A DNA stretch of 64,000 nucleotides, taken from the NCBI GenBank assembly GCA_045863855.1, contig BTVV01000007.1, positions 41,433 to 105,432 on the forward strand. Direction: 5' to 3'. The DNA comes from Planctomycetota bacterium (GTDB taxonomy: Bacteria > Planctomycetota > SZUA-567 > H5-PLA8). The notes beneath the pieces are model-generated. The model was not told where the DNA came from. It was given only the letters and a program-made list of their open reading frames with translations, and made no database searches. Every line of letters starts with the position of its first letter. Positions within the stretch are counted from its first letter, which is position 1. The position numbers and the translations under genes were made by a program. Below are positions 37,597 through 47,063 of the stretch, piece by piece.

Positions 37597-38832
37597 TTAG
37601 ACTTTAAATTCCAGAGCCGTTCCGCGGCAGACTTCGGCGAAGGCGTTCACTAGCGCGCGGGCGAATTCGGGCGCATTGAGGGCGTGGGGCACTTTGCGGA
37701 GCTGGCGATCTTTCGTAAGGTCAAGCTGGGCTTCCAGTTCGGAGATCAGCGCGGCGTCCGCTTCGGGGTCGTGAAAGGGTTGGCCAGGGGCGTCGAGGAG
37801 GCTCACGCCGCCTTCGGGAACCAGTAAGATCAAGGGAGCCTTGGACTTATTGAGCTTCCCGGCGATCCAGCGCGCGCAGGCGCGGTTCTCGGCGGGGGTG
37901 GTGCGCATCAGGGTCACTTGGGCGTTGTGGACGTGTAACTTCCTGTCCTTAAAAGCTTTAGGCACGGTTTCACGGGCGCCGAAGTTGACCATATCCAGCG
38001 CGCCCAAGCTAAGTACGTACGGGATCTGGCGTTCCAGGATTGCGTCGAAGCGTTTGGGGCCGGCCGGAAAGACGCCGCCGACGACTTCGTCGGCGACTTC
38101 GGTGGTCGTAATATCCATAACTCCTTGGATAAGGCCACTTTCCACGAGCTTTTCCATGGCTTGGCCGCCGCTGCCGGTGGCGTGAAAGGTGAGCGCGTCG
38201 AATCCTGCAGCTTCAAGCGCAGCGCGGACTTGTGTGACGCAAGGAGTGGTGACGCCAAACATGGTCAACCCGACGGTGGGCTTGCGTTCGCCGGCGGGAA
38301 GTTCGGTCTGGACCATGCCCGCTATTGCATGTGCTGCATTGCCAAGGACTTGCCTGGATACGGCGTTGAGGCCGGCGACGTCGACGACGCTGTATAGCAT
38401 CGCGATATCGCATTCGCCGACGTACGGTTTGGTGTTACCGCTGGCCACGGTAGATACCATAAGTTTAGGCATGCCAATGGGTAACGCGCGCATGGCGGGG
38501 GCGATCAGGGCCGTGCCGCCGGAGCCGCCCAGACCGATCACACCGGCGAGTTTGCCGGCTTCGTGTTCGCGCTTGAGGAACGCAACCAAGGCTTCGCTCA
38601 TCGCTGTAACCGCTTGTCCTCGATCGGTTTGCCCAAGCACGTGGCGTTCGCCCTGGGGGTGGCAGCGGGCCACGGCTTCGCGCGGGATGTCGGGCGAGAC
38701 GGCCGGCGCGGCGAGGGTTCCGAGGTCTACGGTGACTGCTTTCGATCCTGCAACTCTAATCCGTTGAGCCACATAGGCGTTTTCAAGGCCCTTGCTGTCC
38801 ATCGTCGCGAGGGCATAGATAGCACGTCCCAC
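37597..38832 (-). CDS. Tm-1-like ATP-binding domain protein (UPF0261)
   Basis: TMDSKG, GLGGSGGT, LPIGMPKLMVST, SVVDVAGLN, TMFGVTT, FHATGSGG and GALDMVNFG motifs; GTG start with AAGGAGG RBS. Confidence 0.92.
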   Translation of the reverse strand: MGRAIYALATMDSKGLENAYVAQRIRVAGSKAVTVDLGTLAAPAVSPDIPREAVARCHPQGERHVLGQTDRGQAVTAMSEALVAFLKREHEAGKLAGVIGLGGSGGTALIAPAMRALPIGMPKLMVSTVASGNTKPYVGECDIAMLYSVVDVAGLNAVSRQVLGNAAHAIAGMVQTELPAGERKPTVGLTMFGVTTPCVTQVRAALEAAGFDALTFHATGSGGQAMEKLVESGLIQGVMDITTTEVADEVVGGVFPAGPKRFDAILERQIPYVLSLGALDMVNFGARETVPKAFKDRKLHVHNAQVTLMRTTPAENRACARWIAGKLNKSKAPLILLVPEGGVSLLDAPGQPFHDPEADAALISELEAQLDLTKDRQLRKVPHALNAPEFARALVNAFAEVCRGTALEFKV

Positions 38833-38873
38833 GGGCGCCTCCTTTATAGGTGCGGCTTACGGGTGGAGGCGTG

Positions 38874-38888
38874 GCATTTGGAGGGCCA
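38874..38888 (-). promoter_or_regulatory. Candidate sigma-54 -24/-12 promoter for the Tm-1-like operon
   Basis: Minus strand reads TGGCCCTCCAAATGC, with correct GG-N10-GC spacing, about 40 bp before the start codon. Confidence 0.55.
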
Positions 38889-38966
38889 TAGGTGCAGAAA
38901 AGTGGAGATATCTGCTAACTGAATGGGGCTTAAAGGGTAGTCCAAAACCACCCATGGTGCTCTAAG

Positions 38967-39024
38967 TGTAAAGTTGTAAAGCATAAGTGTAAAGTGTAAA
39001 GCTAGCTTTACACTTTACTTTACA
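38967..39024. promoter_or_regulatory. Enhancer-like array of TGTAAA/TTTACA repeats
   Basis: Four TGTAAA copies, then TTTACA/TTTAC copies; perfect 30-bp palindrome at 38989-39018 centred on TGTAAA-GCTAGC-TTTACA. Confidence 0.75.
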
Positions 39025-39244
39025 CTTTATTTTTCGATCATCGCGCGTACATTAAGATCCCATTTTGCACATTGCGAGGCTGGGGTTCTAGCGGTCGTTG
39101 GGGCCGCCCCTCCAGGGCGGGGGTTTGGGGGGTGAGTTCGGTTCTAACGAAGGTCGCCCCGTTGGCGCGAGGGCGGAAGCGAGCATTATGTGTTGTTGTT
39201 GATTCTTACGAGATCGAGTTCGGGAAGAGGGAGAAGCGCGGACG

Positions 39245-41386
39245 ATGCTGCGGGAACGATTGGATCAGCCGGCGGGGGCGCGGGAGCCGTTGATCGCGGT
39301 GGTGGCGGGATCGGGGTTGATCGCGCGGACGGCGGCGGCGAATGGGGCGGACGTGCTGATGGTCCTGAACGCGGGGCTGTACCGGCACCTCGGCGCGGGT
39401 TCGCTGGCTTCGTTCCTCCCTTTCGGCGATCCGAACGTGCAGACGCTGGGGTTGCTGCGCGAGCAGGTTTTGCCGCGGGCGAGCGGGTGCCCGGTGGTGG
39501 CGGGGGTCTGGGCCGGGGACGCCGCGTTCGAGACGGACCGGCACCTCGATACGCTTTGCGAGCTGGGCGTGAGCGGCGTGACGAACTGGCCGGCGCTGGG
39601 CTTCACGGACGGTTCGCTGCGCGCGCAGTTCGAGGCCGACGGTTGGTCGCTGGAGCGCGAGCGGGCGATGCTGGAACGGGCCGGCGCGAAGGGGCTGATC
39701 CGCTTCGCGTTCGTCTTCGACCGCGAGCAAGCTCGCGCGTGCGCCGAACTGGGGGTGGAAGCGCTGGTGCTGAACCTGGGGCTGACGCGCGCGGCGGACG
39801 ATCTGCGCGAGCGGCGCGACCGGGTGCAGCACGCGCTGCGGCAGTTGAACGAACTGGTGGCGGGGGCTCGGGCGGCGGGCCGGACGCCGTGGACGCTGGT
39901 TTTCGGCGGGCCGGTGACGGCGCCGGAGGATCTGGAGCCGTTTTTCCGGCACGGCGGGATCGACGGGTTCGCGGGCGGTTCGGTCTTCGAGCGGCTGCCG
40001 GTGGAGGCGATCGTAGCTTCGACGGTGCGGCGCTTCAAAGGCGCGGCGGCGCGTCCGGGGCGCGGGGAGGCGCGCGGGCTGGGCGAACTGCTGGGCAAGA
40101 GCGCTCCGATGCTGGAGCTGTTCGCGCGGCTCAAGCGCGTCGCGCCGCACGACGTCAACGTCCTGATCGAAGGCGAGTCGGGGACGGGTAAGGAACTGAT
40201 CGCGACGCAGCTTCACGCGCTGAGTCCGCGGCGGAGCCAGGCGTTCGTGACGCTGAATTGCGGCGCGATTCCGGACAGCTTATTGGAGAGCGAGTTCTTC
40301 GGGCACGAAAAGGGCGCGTTCACCGGCGCGGACCGGCGGCGCATGGGCAAGTTCGAACTCGCGCACCGCGGGACGCTGTTTCTGGACGAGATCGCGGACT
40401 TGAGCATGCACGGGCAGGTGGCGCTATTGCGCGTCCTGCAGCAGCGCGAGATCGTGCGCGTGGGCGGCGACGAGGCGATTCCCGCCGACGTGCGCGTGGT
40501 CGCGGCGAGCAACCGGGCGCTGGCGGAACTGGTGCGGACGGGCGCGTTCCGCGAGGATCTGTACTTCCGGCTGAATCCGATCACGCTGACCGCTCCGCCA
40601 TTGCGCGAGCGGCTGGCCGACCTGCCGCTGCTGGTCGACGCGCAGTTGGCTCGTCTGAAGGCGCAGTTGGGCAAAGAGCTGCTGGGATTAAGCGCCGGTT
40701 TTTACGATCAATTGGCGGCGCATGCGTGGCCGGGGAACGTGCGCGAGCTGCAGCAAGTGCTGACGCAGGCGGCGCTGCTGGAGGACGGCCCGGTGCTGGA
40801 GGGCCGCGAGTTCGCGCCGGTGGCGGCGGTCGTGGCGCACGGCACCCCCCCTACCCCCCCTTGGCAGGGGGGGAGAAGTGCCACGGCGCACGGCACAGCG
40901 CAGGGCACCCCCCCTACCCCCCCTTGGCAGGGGGGGAGAAGTGCCACGGCGCACGGCACGGCGCAGGGCACTCCCCCTACTTCCCCTGGGCAGGGAGGGA
41001 GAACGGGTGCGGGTGGCTCCCCCGCCCTCGCTCCGGCCGGCGGCGCGGCGACGCCGGCGGCAGGCGCGGTCACGAAGCTGGACGGCTCGCCGCTGGGGCC
41101 GTGGGTGCAGGATCATACGAAAGCGGGCGTGAGCCGGGACGAGTGGCAGCAGCTCGACGCGATTGGGCGCTGGCATTTGCTGCGCGGGGAGGCCACGGAC
41201 GCGCAGCGCTGGGAAGCCATCGAGGTGGCGATGGTCCTGACGCGCGGGAATAAAGCGGTGGCGGCGGAGATGCTGAAGGTCTCGCGCCCGACGCTGTACG
41301 CGTGGCTGCGGGAGATCGGCGCGGCCGACGCGATTACGGCTCGCCGGGAGCGGCGGCGGTTGCGGCGGAGGAGGAGGAAGAGCTAG
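39245..41386 (+). CDS. Sigma-54-dependent transcriptional activator with N-terminal TIM-barrel sensor domain
   Basis: GESGTGKE, intact [20 protein letters not shown] and Fis-type HTH ([18 protein letters not shown]); the N-terminus aligns with 36727-37572. Confidence 0.92.
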   Translation: MLRERLDQPAGAREPLIAVVAGSGLIARTAAANGADVLMVLNAGLYRHLGAGSLASFLPFGDPNVQTLGLLREQVLPRASGCPVVAGVWAGDAAFETDRHLDTLCELGVSGVTNWPALGFTDGSLRAQFEADGWSLERERAMLERAGAKGLIRFAFVFDREQARACAELGVEALVLNLGLTRAADDLRERRDRVQHALRQLNELVAGARAAGRTPWTLVFGGPVTAPEDLEPFFRHGGIDGFAGGSVFERLPVEAIVASTVRRFKGAAARPGRGEARGLGELLGKSAPMLELFARLKRVAPHDVNVLIEGESGTGKELIATQLHALSPRRSQAFVTLNCGAIPDSLLESEFFGHEKGAFTGADRRRMGKFELAHRGTLFLDEIADLSMHGQVALLRVLQQREIVRVGGDEAIPADVRVVAASNRALAELVRTGAFREDLYFRLNPITLTAPPLRERLADLPLLVDAQLARLKAQLGKELLGLSAGFYDQLAAHAWPGNVRELQQVLTQAALLEDGPVLEGREFAPVAAVVAHGTPPTPPWQGGRSATAHGTAQGTPPTPPWQGGRSATAHGTAQGTPPTSPGQGGRTGAGGSPALAPAGGAATPAAGAVTKLDGSPLGPWVQDHTKAGVSRDEWQQLDAIGRWHLLRGEATDAQRWEAIEVAMVLTRGNKAVAAEMLKVSRPTLYAWLREIGAADAITARRERRRLRRRRRKS
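40841..41003 (+). repeat. In-frame 63-bp tandem repeat (about 2.6 copies) of a hairpin element inside the activator gene
   Basis: Units start at 40841, 40904 and 40967; they encode [21 protein letters not shown]. Confidence 0.9.
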
Positions 41387-41457
41387 AGGTTTTCGATTTT
41401 GGAATTTGAATTTGGATTAAAGGGCTGGGGGTTCGGCGCGGTTTATGGCGGAGCGGT

Positions 41458-42141
41458 ATGACCGAAGAGGGTAATGCCAAGCCGGCGTGGGAGCGGTCGC
41501 CTGTGCGTGTGGTGACGGTGCTGGTGGTGTTGGTTTCGGTGGGTGTGCTTTGGGAGATCAATACTGCGGAAGTAAAGCATTACAAAATTTCATTTGAGCC
41601 AGGTCTTACTATTCGAACCACCGGTTGGCCGGCAGACTATGTTCGAGTCATGACAACGTGGCCTCACGGTGAAGTCACCTATTGGCTCCCCACCGGCATT
41701 CTGATTAATTGCTTGGTTGCGCTGGGCTATCTTTTTGCCATGGGTCTATCCATGGAATGGTGGTTGCGTTGCAGGCCGATCAACGCAGAAGGTTGGCCAA
41801 CCTTTCGCGTGCCTGTTGCGGCTTCCTTCCGACTTTTACAGATGCGGCTCAGCACACTGCTCGTGGCGATGCTTATCGCGGGCGTGTTGCTTGGTCTCCA
41901 AACAATTAGGACTGTTAGGGTTCTGAGTATAGATGACGACGTAACAAGCATGGGCTGGCCCTTGCCGGCCATACTCGAAATCAGTCGCATGGGCGGGATG
42001 GCGAACCTATGGCAATTTGATTTCTGGAGCCTAGCTGCAAATGGGTGGTTTGGCTTTGGGCTGTTGTTCATCGGTGCATCGGTGTGGGAGATGGGTTGCG
42101 CGCGGCGGGAGTTTCTGGCGAAGGCGAAGGGCGATGCGTGA
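41458..42141 (+). CDS. Hypothetical membrane protein (lower GC, internally duplicated TM-GWP-TM unit)
   Basis: Four hydrophobic segments; TTGWP and SMGWP in the two halves. Confidence 0.65.
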   Translation: MTEEGNAKPAWERSPVRVVTVLVVLVSVGVLWEINTAEVKHYKISFEPGLTIRTTGWPADYVRVMTTWPHGEVTYWLPTGILINCLVALGYLFAMGLSMEWWLRCRPINAEGWPTFRVPVAASFRLLQMRLSTLLVAMLIAGVLLGLQTIRTVRVLSIDDDVTSMGWPLPAILEISRMGGMANLWQFDFWSLAANGWFGFGLLFIGASVWEMGCARREFLAKAKGDA

Positions 42142-42204
42142 TTCGTAAAGCGTGGCTTGTGCGCACTGAAAGACGATGGGGCTCGTTCGGATAAGCAGAG
42201 CGGT

Positions 42205-43143
42205 TCAGCGGCGCTTGGCGGCCTGGGGCGCGGGGATGGGTTTGCCGAAGTTGAGGACGGCTTCTTTCTTTCCGCTGACGAATTCGAGATGGACGTTGCG
42301 GTTGTCCATGAGGACTTGCGCGGTGGCTTGGCCTTTGAACTCGCCTTGGTGGCAGCCGACCAGAACGGGTCCGGGCTTGAGCGGGAAGGCGAAGCCGCCG
42401 CAGACGAAGGTCTTGACGTTTTGGCCGCCGCCGGCGACGGTCACGCCGCCTAAGCCTTCGCCGGGGTCGTAGGCTCCGTTGGCGTTCTTGTCGTCGTAGA
42501 CGACGCCGGTGACGAAGGCTTCGGGCTTATCGGTGCGGGCGGTATGGATGGTGTAATAGGCCGCGTAAACCGCTCCGTCGGCCGGCGCGGGAATGACGGC
42601 GCCCACGCCCACTTCGAGCGCGGAATCGTGGTTGGGCACCATGCCCAGCAGGTGCTTGCGGTGGCCCAGCGAGGGCACCCCTTCGTCCACGATCAGTCGC
42701 TTGAGGGCATCGGCGGGCAAGACATCGCCACCCGAACAGGATTCGATGTTGTTGTCCGCCAGCTTGCTGCCAAACGATGCGGCGAGTTTGTACCCCGATT
42801 CGCGGGCATGCCGGTTGGGGCCGACGCCGTCGGGATCCGTGTGCCCAAAATACCGGCGCTTGGCCTGGTCTCCCGCTCGGAAGCGAGCGGACGCGGTCAG
42901 TTCCTTATTGAGCGCCAGCGGGGGGCGCGGGATCACCTGATCCAGATTCAGCCCGATGGACTTTCCGTACGCGGGCGGATCGTGGCGGGCCTTGTTGAGC
43001 AGGTAAATAAAAAGCTGCTCGTCCTGGGTCGGTTCGACGCCCTCGCGCTTGACCTGCACGGATTCGGGGGCCGCCGCGGACCGCGCATGCGCCCCGAAAC
43101 TCAAGAGACCCGCTAGCACGCAAAGCAGAATGCGCATCGGCAT
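42205..43143 (-). CDS. Secreted CAP (SCP) domain protein with C-terminal beta-sandwich
   Basis: Signal peptide; LLNKAR, YFGHTDPDG and GHRKHLL; ends VTGVVYDDKNANGAYDPGEGLGGV. Confidence 0.82.
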   Translation of the reverse strand: MPMRILLCVLAGLLSFGAHARSAAAPESVQVKREGVEPTQDEQLFIYLLNKARHDPPAYGKSIGLNLDQVIPRPPLALNKELTASARFRAGDQAKRRYFGHTDPDGVGPNRHARESGYKLAASFGSKLADNNIESCSGGDVLPADALKRLIVDEGVPSLGHRKHLLGMVPNHDSALEVGVGAVIPAPADGAVYAAYYTIHTARTDKPEAFVTGVVYDDKNANGAYDPGEGLGGVTVAGGGQNVKTFVCGGFAFPLKPGPVLVGCHQGEFKGQATAQVLMDNRNVHLEFVSGKKEAVLNFGKPIPAPQAAKRR

Positions 43144-43200
43144 GGCGACCTCGTTCCACCGTCTCGTGCCAAGATAATAATATAAAACAGCGTACAAGCA

Positions 43201-44361
43201 TCAGTCCGGATTGCTACCGAAGGCGCTGGGACGGTTCGCAAAGCCGGCGAGTTGGGAGAGGACGGCGGCGATTTCGGCGGGGGTGGTTTCGCGGCCGAGG
43301 GAGAAGCGGACGGCGCCGCGGCCGATCTGGGGGTCCACGCCCATGGCTTCGAGGACGGGCGAGAGTTTGACCGAGCCGCTGTGGCAGGCGCTGCCGGTGG
43401 TGGCGGCGGCGCCATCGAGGGCCGCCAGCACGCCGGCTCCCGTGCACCCCGCGAACGATACGTTCAGCGTATTGGGCAGCCGCGCTTCGGGATGGCCGTT
43501 GAGGACGATCTTCGCGCCGAAGATCTCGTTCAAACCTGTCCAAAGCTGCTCGCGCAGCGCGCGGACTTCGTTCATGCGCGGAAGCCAGGCTTGAGCGAGT
43601 TCGCAGGCGGCGCCTAGGGCGACGTTGAGGAGCACGTTCTCGGTTCCTGCGCGGCGGCCGGCTTCGTGCCCGGCTCCGTGGACGAGCGGCTCGAGCGCCA
43701 CGCCCCCGCGGATGTAGAGCGCTCCGACGCCCTTCGGCGCGTAGAGCTTGTGCCCGGCGACGCTGAGCAGGTCCACCTTCAGGTCATCGACCTTCGCGGG
43801 AACTTTGCCGACGGATTGCGCGGCGTCGGTGTGGAACGGCACGCCTGCGGCGCGGCAGAGTGTCCCGATTTCGGCGATGGGCTGAAGCGTACCGACCTCG
43901 TTGTTCGCGTGCATGATGCTGACGAGCGCCACGCCGCCGCGGGCGAGTTCGCGTTCGACGGCGGCCGGATCGATCCGCGCGTGGCGATCGACGGGGACGA
44001 CGGCGACTTCGGCTCCGAGCCGTTCGAGGAAGCGCGCGGGCTGGACGACGGCCGGGTGTTCGACGGCGGAGAGGACGATGCGCGTGCGGCGCGGATCGCG
44101 GCGGGCATCGAACCAGCATCCTTTAATTGCGTGGTTGTTGGCTTCGCTGCCGCCGGCGGTGAAGACGATCTCGCCGGGCTGCGCGCCGAGGAGGGCGGCG
44201 ACTTGCGCGCGGGCGCGTTCGAGCGCTTGCTTGGCCGGCGCGCTGGCCCAATGGCCGCTGGACGGATTGCCGTAGTGTTCGGCCAGGAACGGGGCCATGG
44301 CGGCGCGGACTTCGGGCGCGATGGGCGTGCTGGCGTTGTAGTCGAGGTAGATGCGGGGCAT
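43201..44361 (-). CDS. Cysteine desulfurase (IscS/NifS group I)
   Basis: IYLDYNASTP, GNPSS, ANNEVGTLQP, HTDAAQ, HKLYAPKGVG and GSACHS motifs. Real start MPRIY lies inside the long ORF. Confidence 0.92.
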   Translation of the reverse strand: MPRIYLDYNASTPIAPEVRAAMAPFLAEHYGNPSSGHWASAPAKQALERARAQVAALLGAQPGEIVFTAGGSEANNHAIKGCWFDARRDPRRTRIVLSAVEHPAVVQPARFLERLGAEVAVVPVDRHARIDPAAVERELARGGVALVSIMHANNEVGTLQPIAEIGTLCRAAGVPFHTDAAQSVGKVPAKVDDLKVDLLSVAGHKLYAPKGVGALYIRGGVALEPLVHGAGHEAGRRAGTENVLLNVALGAACELAQAWLPRMNEVRALREQLWTGLNEIFGAKIVLNGHPEARLPNTLNVSFAGCTGAGVLAALDGAAATTGSACHSGSVKLSPVLEAMGVDPQIGRGAVRFSLGRETTPAEIAAVLSQLAGFANRPSAFGSNPD

Positions 44362-44435
44362 GCGGGGAGTATAGCGGGGAACGGTGCACGTTGAACAGTA
44401 AACGGAGCGCGGCAGGGGCTGGGGAATCCATGGAT

Positions 44436-45779
44436 TCAGGGTTCTTCTTGAGGCGCGGAGGGCATGTTGGTTCCGGTGCGGAGGTGCTGGGTGTGCCAGC
44501 GTTTCCAGGCGGGGAGATCGGGGCCGAGGCGCAGGCCGGTGACGAATTCGAGCGCGGCGAGGAGTTCGGGTTCCAGGTTCAGTTCGGGGCAGTCGAGAAG
44601 CTTGAGCAGATCGGGGACGCTCGCCATGCCGCGCGTGCGTAACCGGGCTCGCGCGCGGCGTGAAATTTCGGAGCCGGGTTCGGGCGCGTTGAGATCCCAG
44701 ACATCGAGGAGCACGCGGGCGAGGCGGCCGGCTTCGGGTTCGGGCAGCGCGGCCGGTGCGAAGGGCGCCGGCCCTTCGAGGGCCTGGAGCAATCGGCGCG
44801 AAGCGGTTGCGACGCGGTAGCTGCGGTGTTCGCGGCTTTCTTCGAGCATGGGGCGGACGCGTGCTCCGCAGCGGAGCAGGACGCGTTCGAGGGATTCGGC
44901 GTAGGCGGGGCTGGGAAAGAGGTCGATGCGCACGTCGGCCGCGTATTTCGCCACGTATTCGCGCTGCGCGTGGGCCGCGGCGTCCTCTTTGCGGCGCAGA
45001 TCGCGGAAGGCGGCGTAGAGCTCGGTGTCGCGGTAAGTGGCGTCTTCGCGGCTGAGCTTCTCGGCGAGGCGGGGGATCCAGCGGCTGTCGCGCGGCGCGG
45101 GGGCTCGCGGGAGGCGCGCGCGCAGCATGGGCCGATGCACGAGGCCGTCGCCGGAAGCGATGTCCATGCGCGTGGCGGGGTCGCTCTGGATGGGCACCGG
45201 CAGTTCGTAGAGCAGCGCATACCACGCGGCGCGGAGTTCGTCGCGAAAGAGTTCTTCCGCGGTGGGGAGCGGCGGCACCCAGGCGGGGAAGACGGCGCGG
45301 GCCTGGCGCTGCAACGCGGCTTCGGCGCTTTGCAGATCCATGCGCGCGGCGGCGAGGGCTTCGAGTGCGCCGCGGCGTTCGGCGGTATCGAAGCGCAGTT
45401 CGTTGAGCCAGGCGCACCAGACGGGCTGGGCGGCATCGGCGGCGATCTCGACGAGCGCGGCTTCGGCGAAGGCGCGGGCCTGTTCGCGCCCGGATTCGGA
45501 TTGCATCCACGGCGGCGAATCGGGCGCGAAGTTGTAGGGATCGACGTAGCGCAGGATGTCGAGGAGATCCTGGATCACGGCGATCAGGAGCATGGAGTCC
45601 TGGCGTTCGGCGATTTCGAGCTTCAGCTTGCGCCAGGCGGCGGGCAGGTTGGCGTCGCGGAAGCGCCCGCCGTGGAAGCCGCAGGCATCGCACGGGCGCG
45701 GCGTGGAGACGGCCGCCAGTCCGGCCAGCGCCGCGGCGAGCACGAGGCCGCGGACGATGCGATTCGGCACTGGGCGCAT
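44436..45779 (-). CDS. Hypothetical secreted helical (HEAT-like) protein
   Basis: Signal peptide, CDAC motif, C-terminal ALEFVTG..LGPD...WKRW; AAGGAG RBS. Confidence 0.7.
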   Translation of the reverse strand: MRPVPNRIVRGLVLAAALAGLAAVSTPRPCDACGFHGGRFRDANLPAAWRKLKLEIAERQDSMLLIAVIQDLLDILRYVDPYNFAPDSPPWMQSESGREQARAFAEAALVEIAADAAQPVWCAWLNELRFDTAERRGALEALAAARMDLQSAEAALQRQARAVFPAWVPPLPTAEELFRDELRAAWYALLYELPVPIQSDPATRMDIASGDGLVHRPMLRARLPRAPAPRDSRWIPRLAEKLSREDATYRDTELYAAFRDLRRKEDAAAHAQREYVAKYAADVRIDLFPSPAYAESLERVLLRCGARVRPMLEESREHRSYRVATASRRLLQALEGPAPFAPAALPEPEAGRLARVLLDVWDLNAPEPGSEISRRARARLRTRGMASVPDLLKLLDCPELNLEPELLAALEFVTGLRLGPDLPAWKRWHTQHLRTGTNMPSAPQEEP

Positions 45780-46006
45780 ACACTCCTTTCGGGCTTCGGC
45801 TTTCGGACGCTTACCGGCGGCGATTCGGGACAGGGGTTTTTACGCGGGCGGGAGGCGGGGGTTACGGAAAATCAAAGGCAAGGCTCTTGGCAGCGCGGTG
45901 GGGAGCGGGTAGGTTTTTGGGGTCATACAAGTATCAGATAAGCCGTGCGTGTTCGCGTGAAGTTCGTCCGGTTTCGGTGCGTACTTCGCGCGGCCTGCTG
46001 GGTTCA

Positions 46007-46038
46007 CCTCCCCTGCCCCTCCTTGGCCAAGAGGGGAA
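46007..46038. repeat. Pyrimidine/purine hairpin repeat CCTCCCCTGCCCCTCCTTG..GAGGGGAA (second copy at 57278-57311)
   Basis: 19-bp identical core shared by two intergenic regions. Confidence 0.7.
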
Positions 46039-46092
46039 CCAGGGTCAGGCAACGAAAAATGCCGGTGTGACCCCTTAAAAGGAGGCGCGTCG

Positions 46093-46914
46093 ATGAAGCT
46101 GGGGATGATCAATTCGGCTTGGGATCAGAGCGGGAAGCCGTTGGAGCAGGGCTTGGAGTGGACGAAAGAGCTGGGCTTCGACACGGTCGATATCCAGCTC
46201 GACCCGCTGGACGACGACGCGGCCGGTCAGGTGATCCGGATCCAGGCGGCGTGCGCGCGGCTGAAGCTGCCGATCGTGAGCGTGGCCGGTTGCAGCCTGG
46301 GGCTGTGCGACTTCAACAAGTCCGTGCGCGACTTCCACCTCAAGCGCAGCCGCGCGTACGTGGACATGCTCAGCGCCTTCGGCGGACACAACTATCTGCT
46401 GGTGCTGGGCGAGTACATGTGGCAGCAGGAGGTGATCCCGCCGAAGCTGCAATGGCAATGGGGCGTGGAGGCGTGCAAGGCCTTGGGCGATTACGCGGGC
46501 AAGCAAGGGAAGCTGATCGCGCTGGAACTGGAGCCGTTTCAGCTCTCGATTCTGAACACGATCGACGCAATGGCGAAGTTCCTCGACGACGTGAACCATC
46601 CGGCGATCCAGGCGAACATCGACATCAGCCACATGGTATTGAGCAAGACGCCGGCGCGGGCGCTGGAGGCGTTGAAGGGGCGCGCGGCGCACGTTCACAT
46701 CAGCGACTGCGACGGGAAGGTGCATGGCGATCTGCCGCCGGGGCGCGGCGTGGTGGACTTCGTGCCGTATTTGCAGGCGATTGGGAAGACGGGCGTGGCG
46801 AGCGATACGATCAGCCTGGAGCTGGAGTACAGCCCGGAGCCGGCGCGGATCAAGGAGTGGGTGTCGGAGGCGTACGGGGCGACGCGGAAGCTGATGCGGG
46901 AGGCGGGGGTGTAG
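46093..46914 (+). CDS. Sugar phosphate isomerase/epimerase (D-psicose/tagatose 3-epimerase-like)
   Basis: LELEPF, DISHM, HVHISD, PGRGVVDF and SLE motifs; AAGGAGG RBS. Confidence 0.88.
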   Translation: MKLGMINSAWDQSGKPLEQGLEWTKELGFDTVDIQLDPLDDDAAGQVIRIQAACARLKLPIVSVAGCSLGLCDFNKSVRDFHLKRSRAYVDMLSAFGGHNYLLVLGEYMWQQEVIPPKLQWQWGVEACKALGDYAGKQGKLIALELEPFQLSILNTIDAMAKFLDDVNHPAIQANIDISHMVLSKTPARALEALKGRAAHVHISDCDGKVHGDLPPGRGVVDFVPYLQAIGKTGVASDTISLELEYSPEPARIKEWVSEAYGATRKLMREAGV

Positions 46915-47063
46915 GTTGAATGCACCGCGGAGGGCGCGGAGAAGGGCAACGGCTTGATACTCTGGTACCGGCTATAGACCTGATATTTCGGTTCGATTAT
47001 CCTCGATTTTTAGAACGAAGCAGCACCCTCTTTCCGTTACTTCCCCGAGTACGGGGCGCACGC

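Noticed and set aside
40841..41003. 63-bp periodic repeat as a CRISPR array
   Set aside because: The 'spacers' are near-identical and the repeat lies in frame inside a gene.
41388..41420. Short degenerate 6-7-mer runs (also 48671-48728)
   Set aside because: Too short and low in complexity to support a feature.
44362..45783. Apparent 860-aa cysteine desulfurase fusion
   Set aside because: The Arg/Pro-rich N-terminal extension is an off-frame reading of the upstream gene; the real start is MPRIYLD at 44361.
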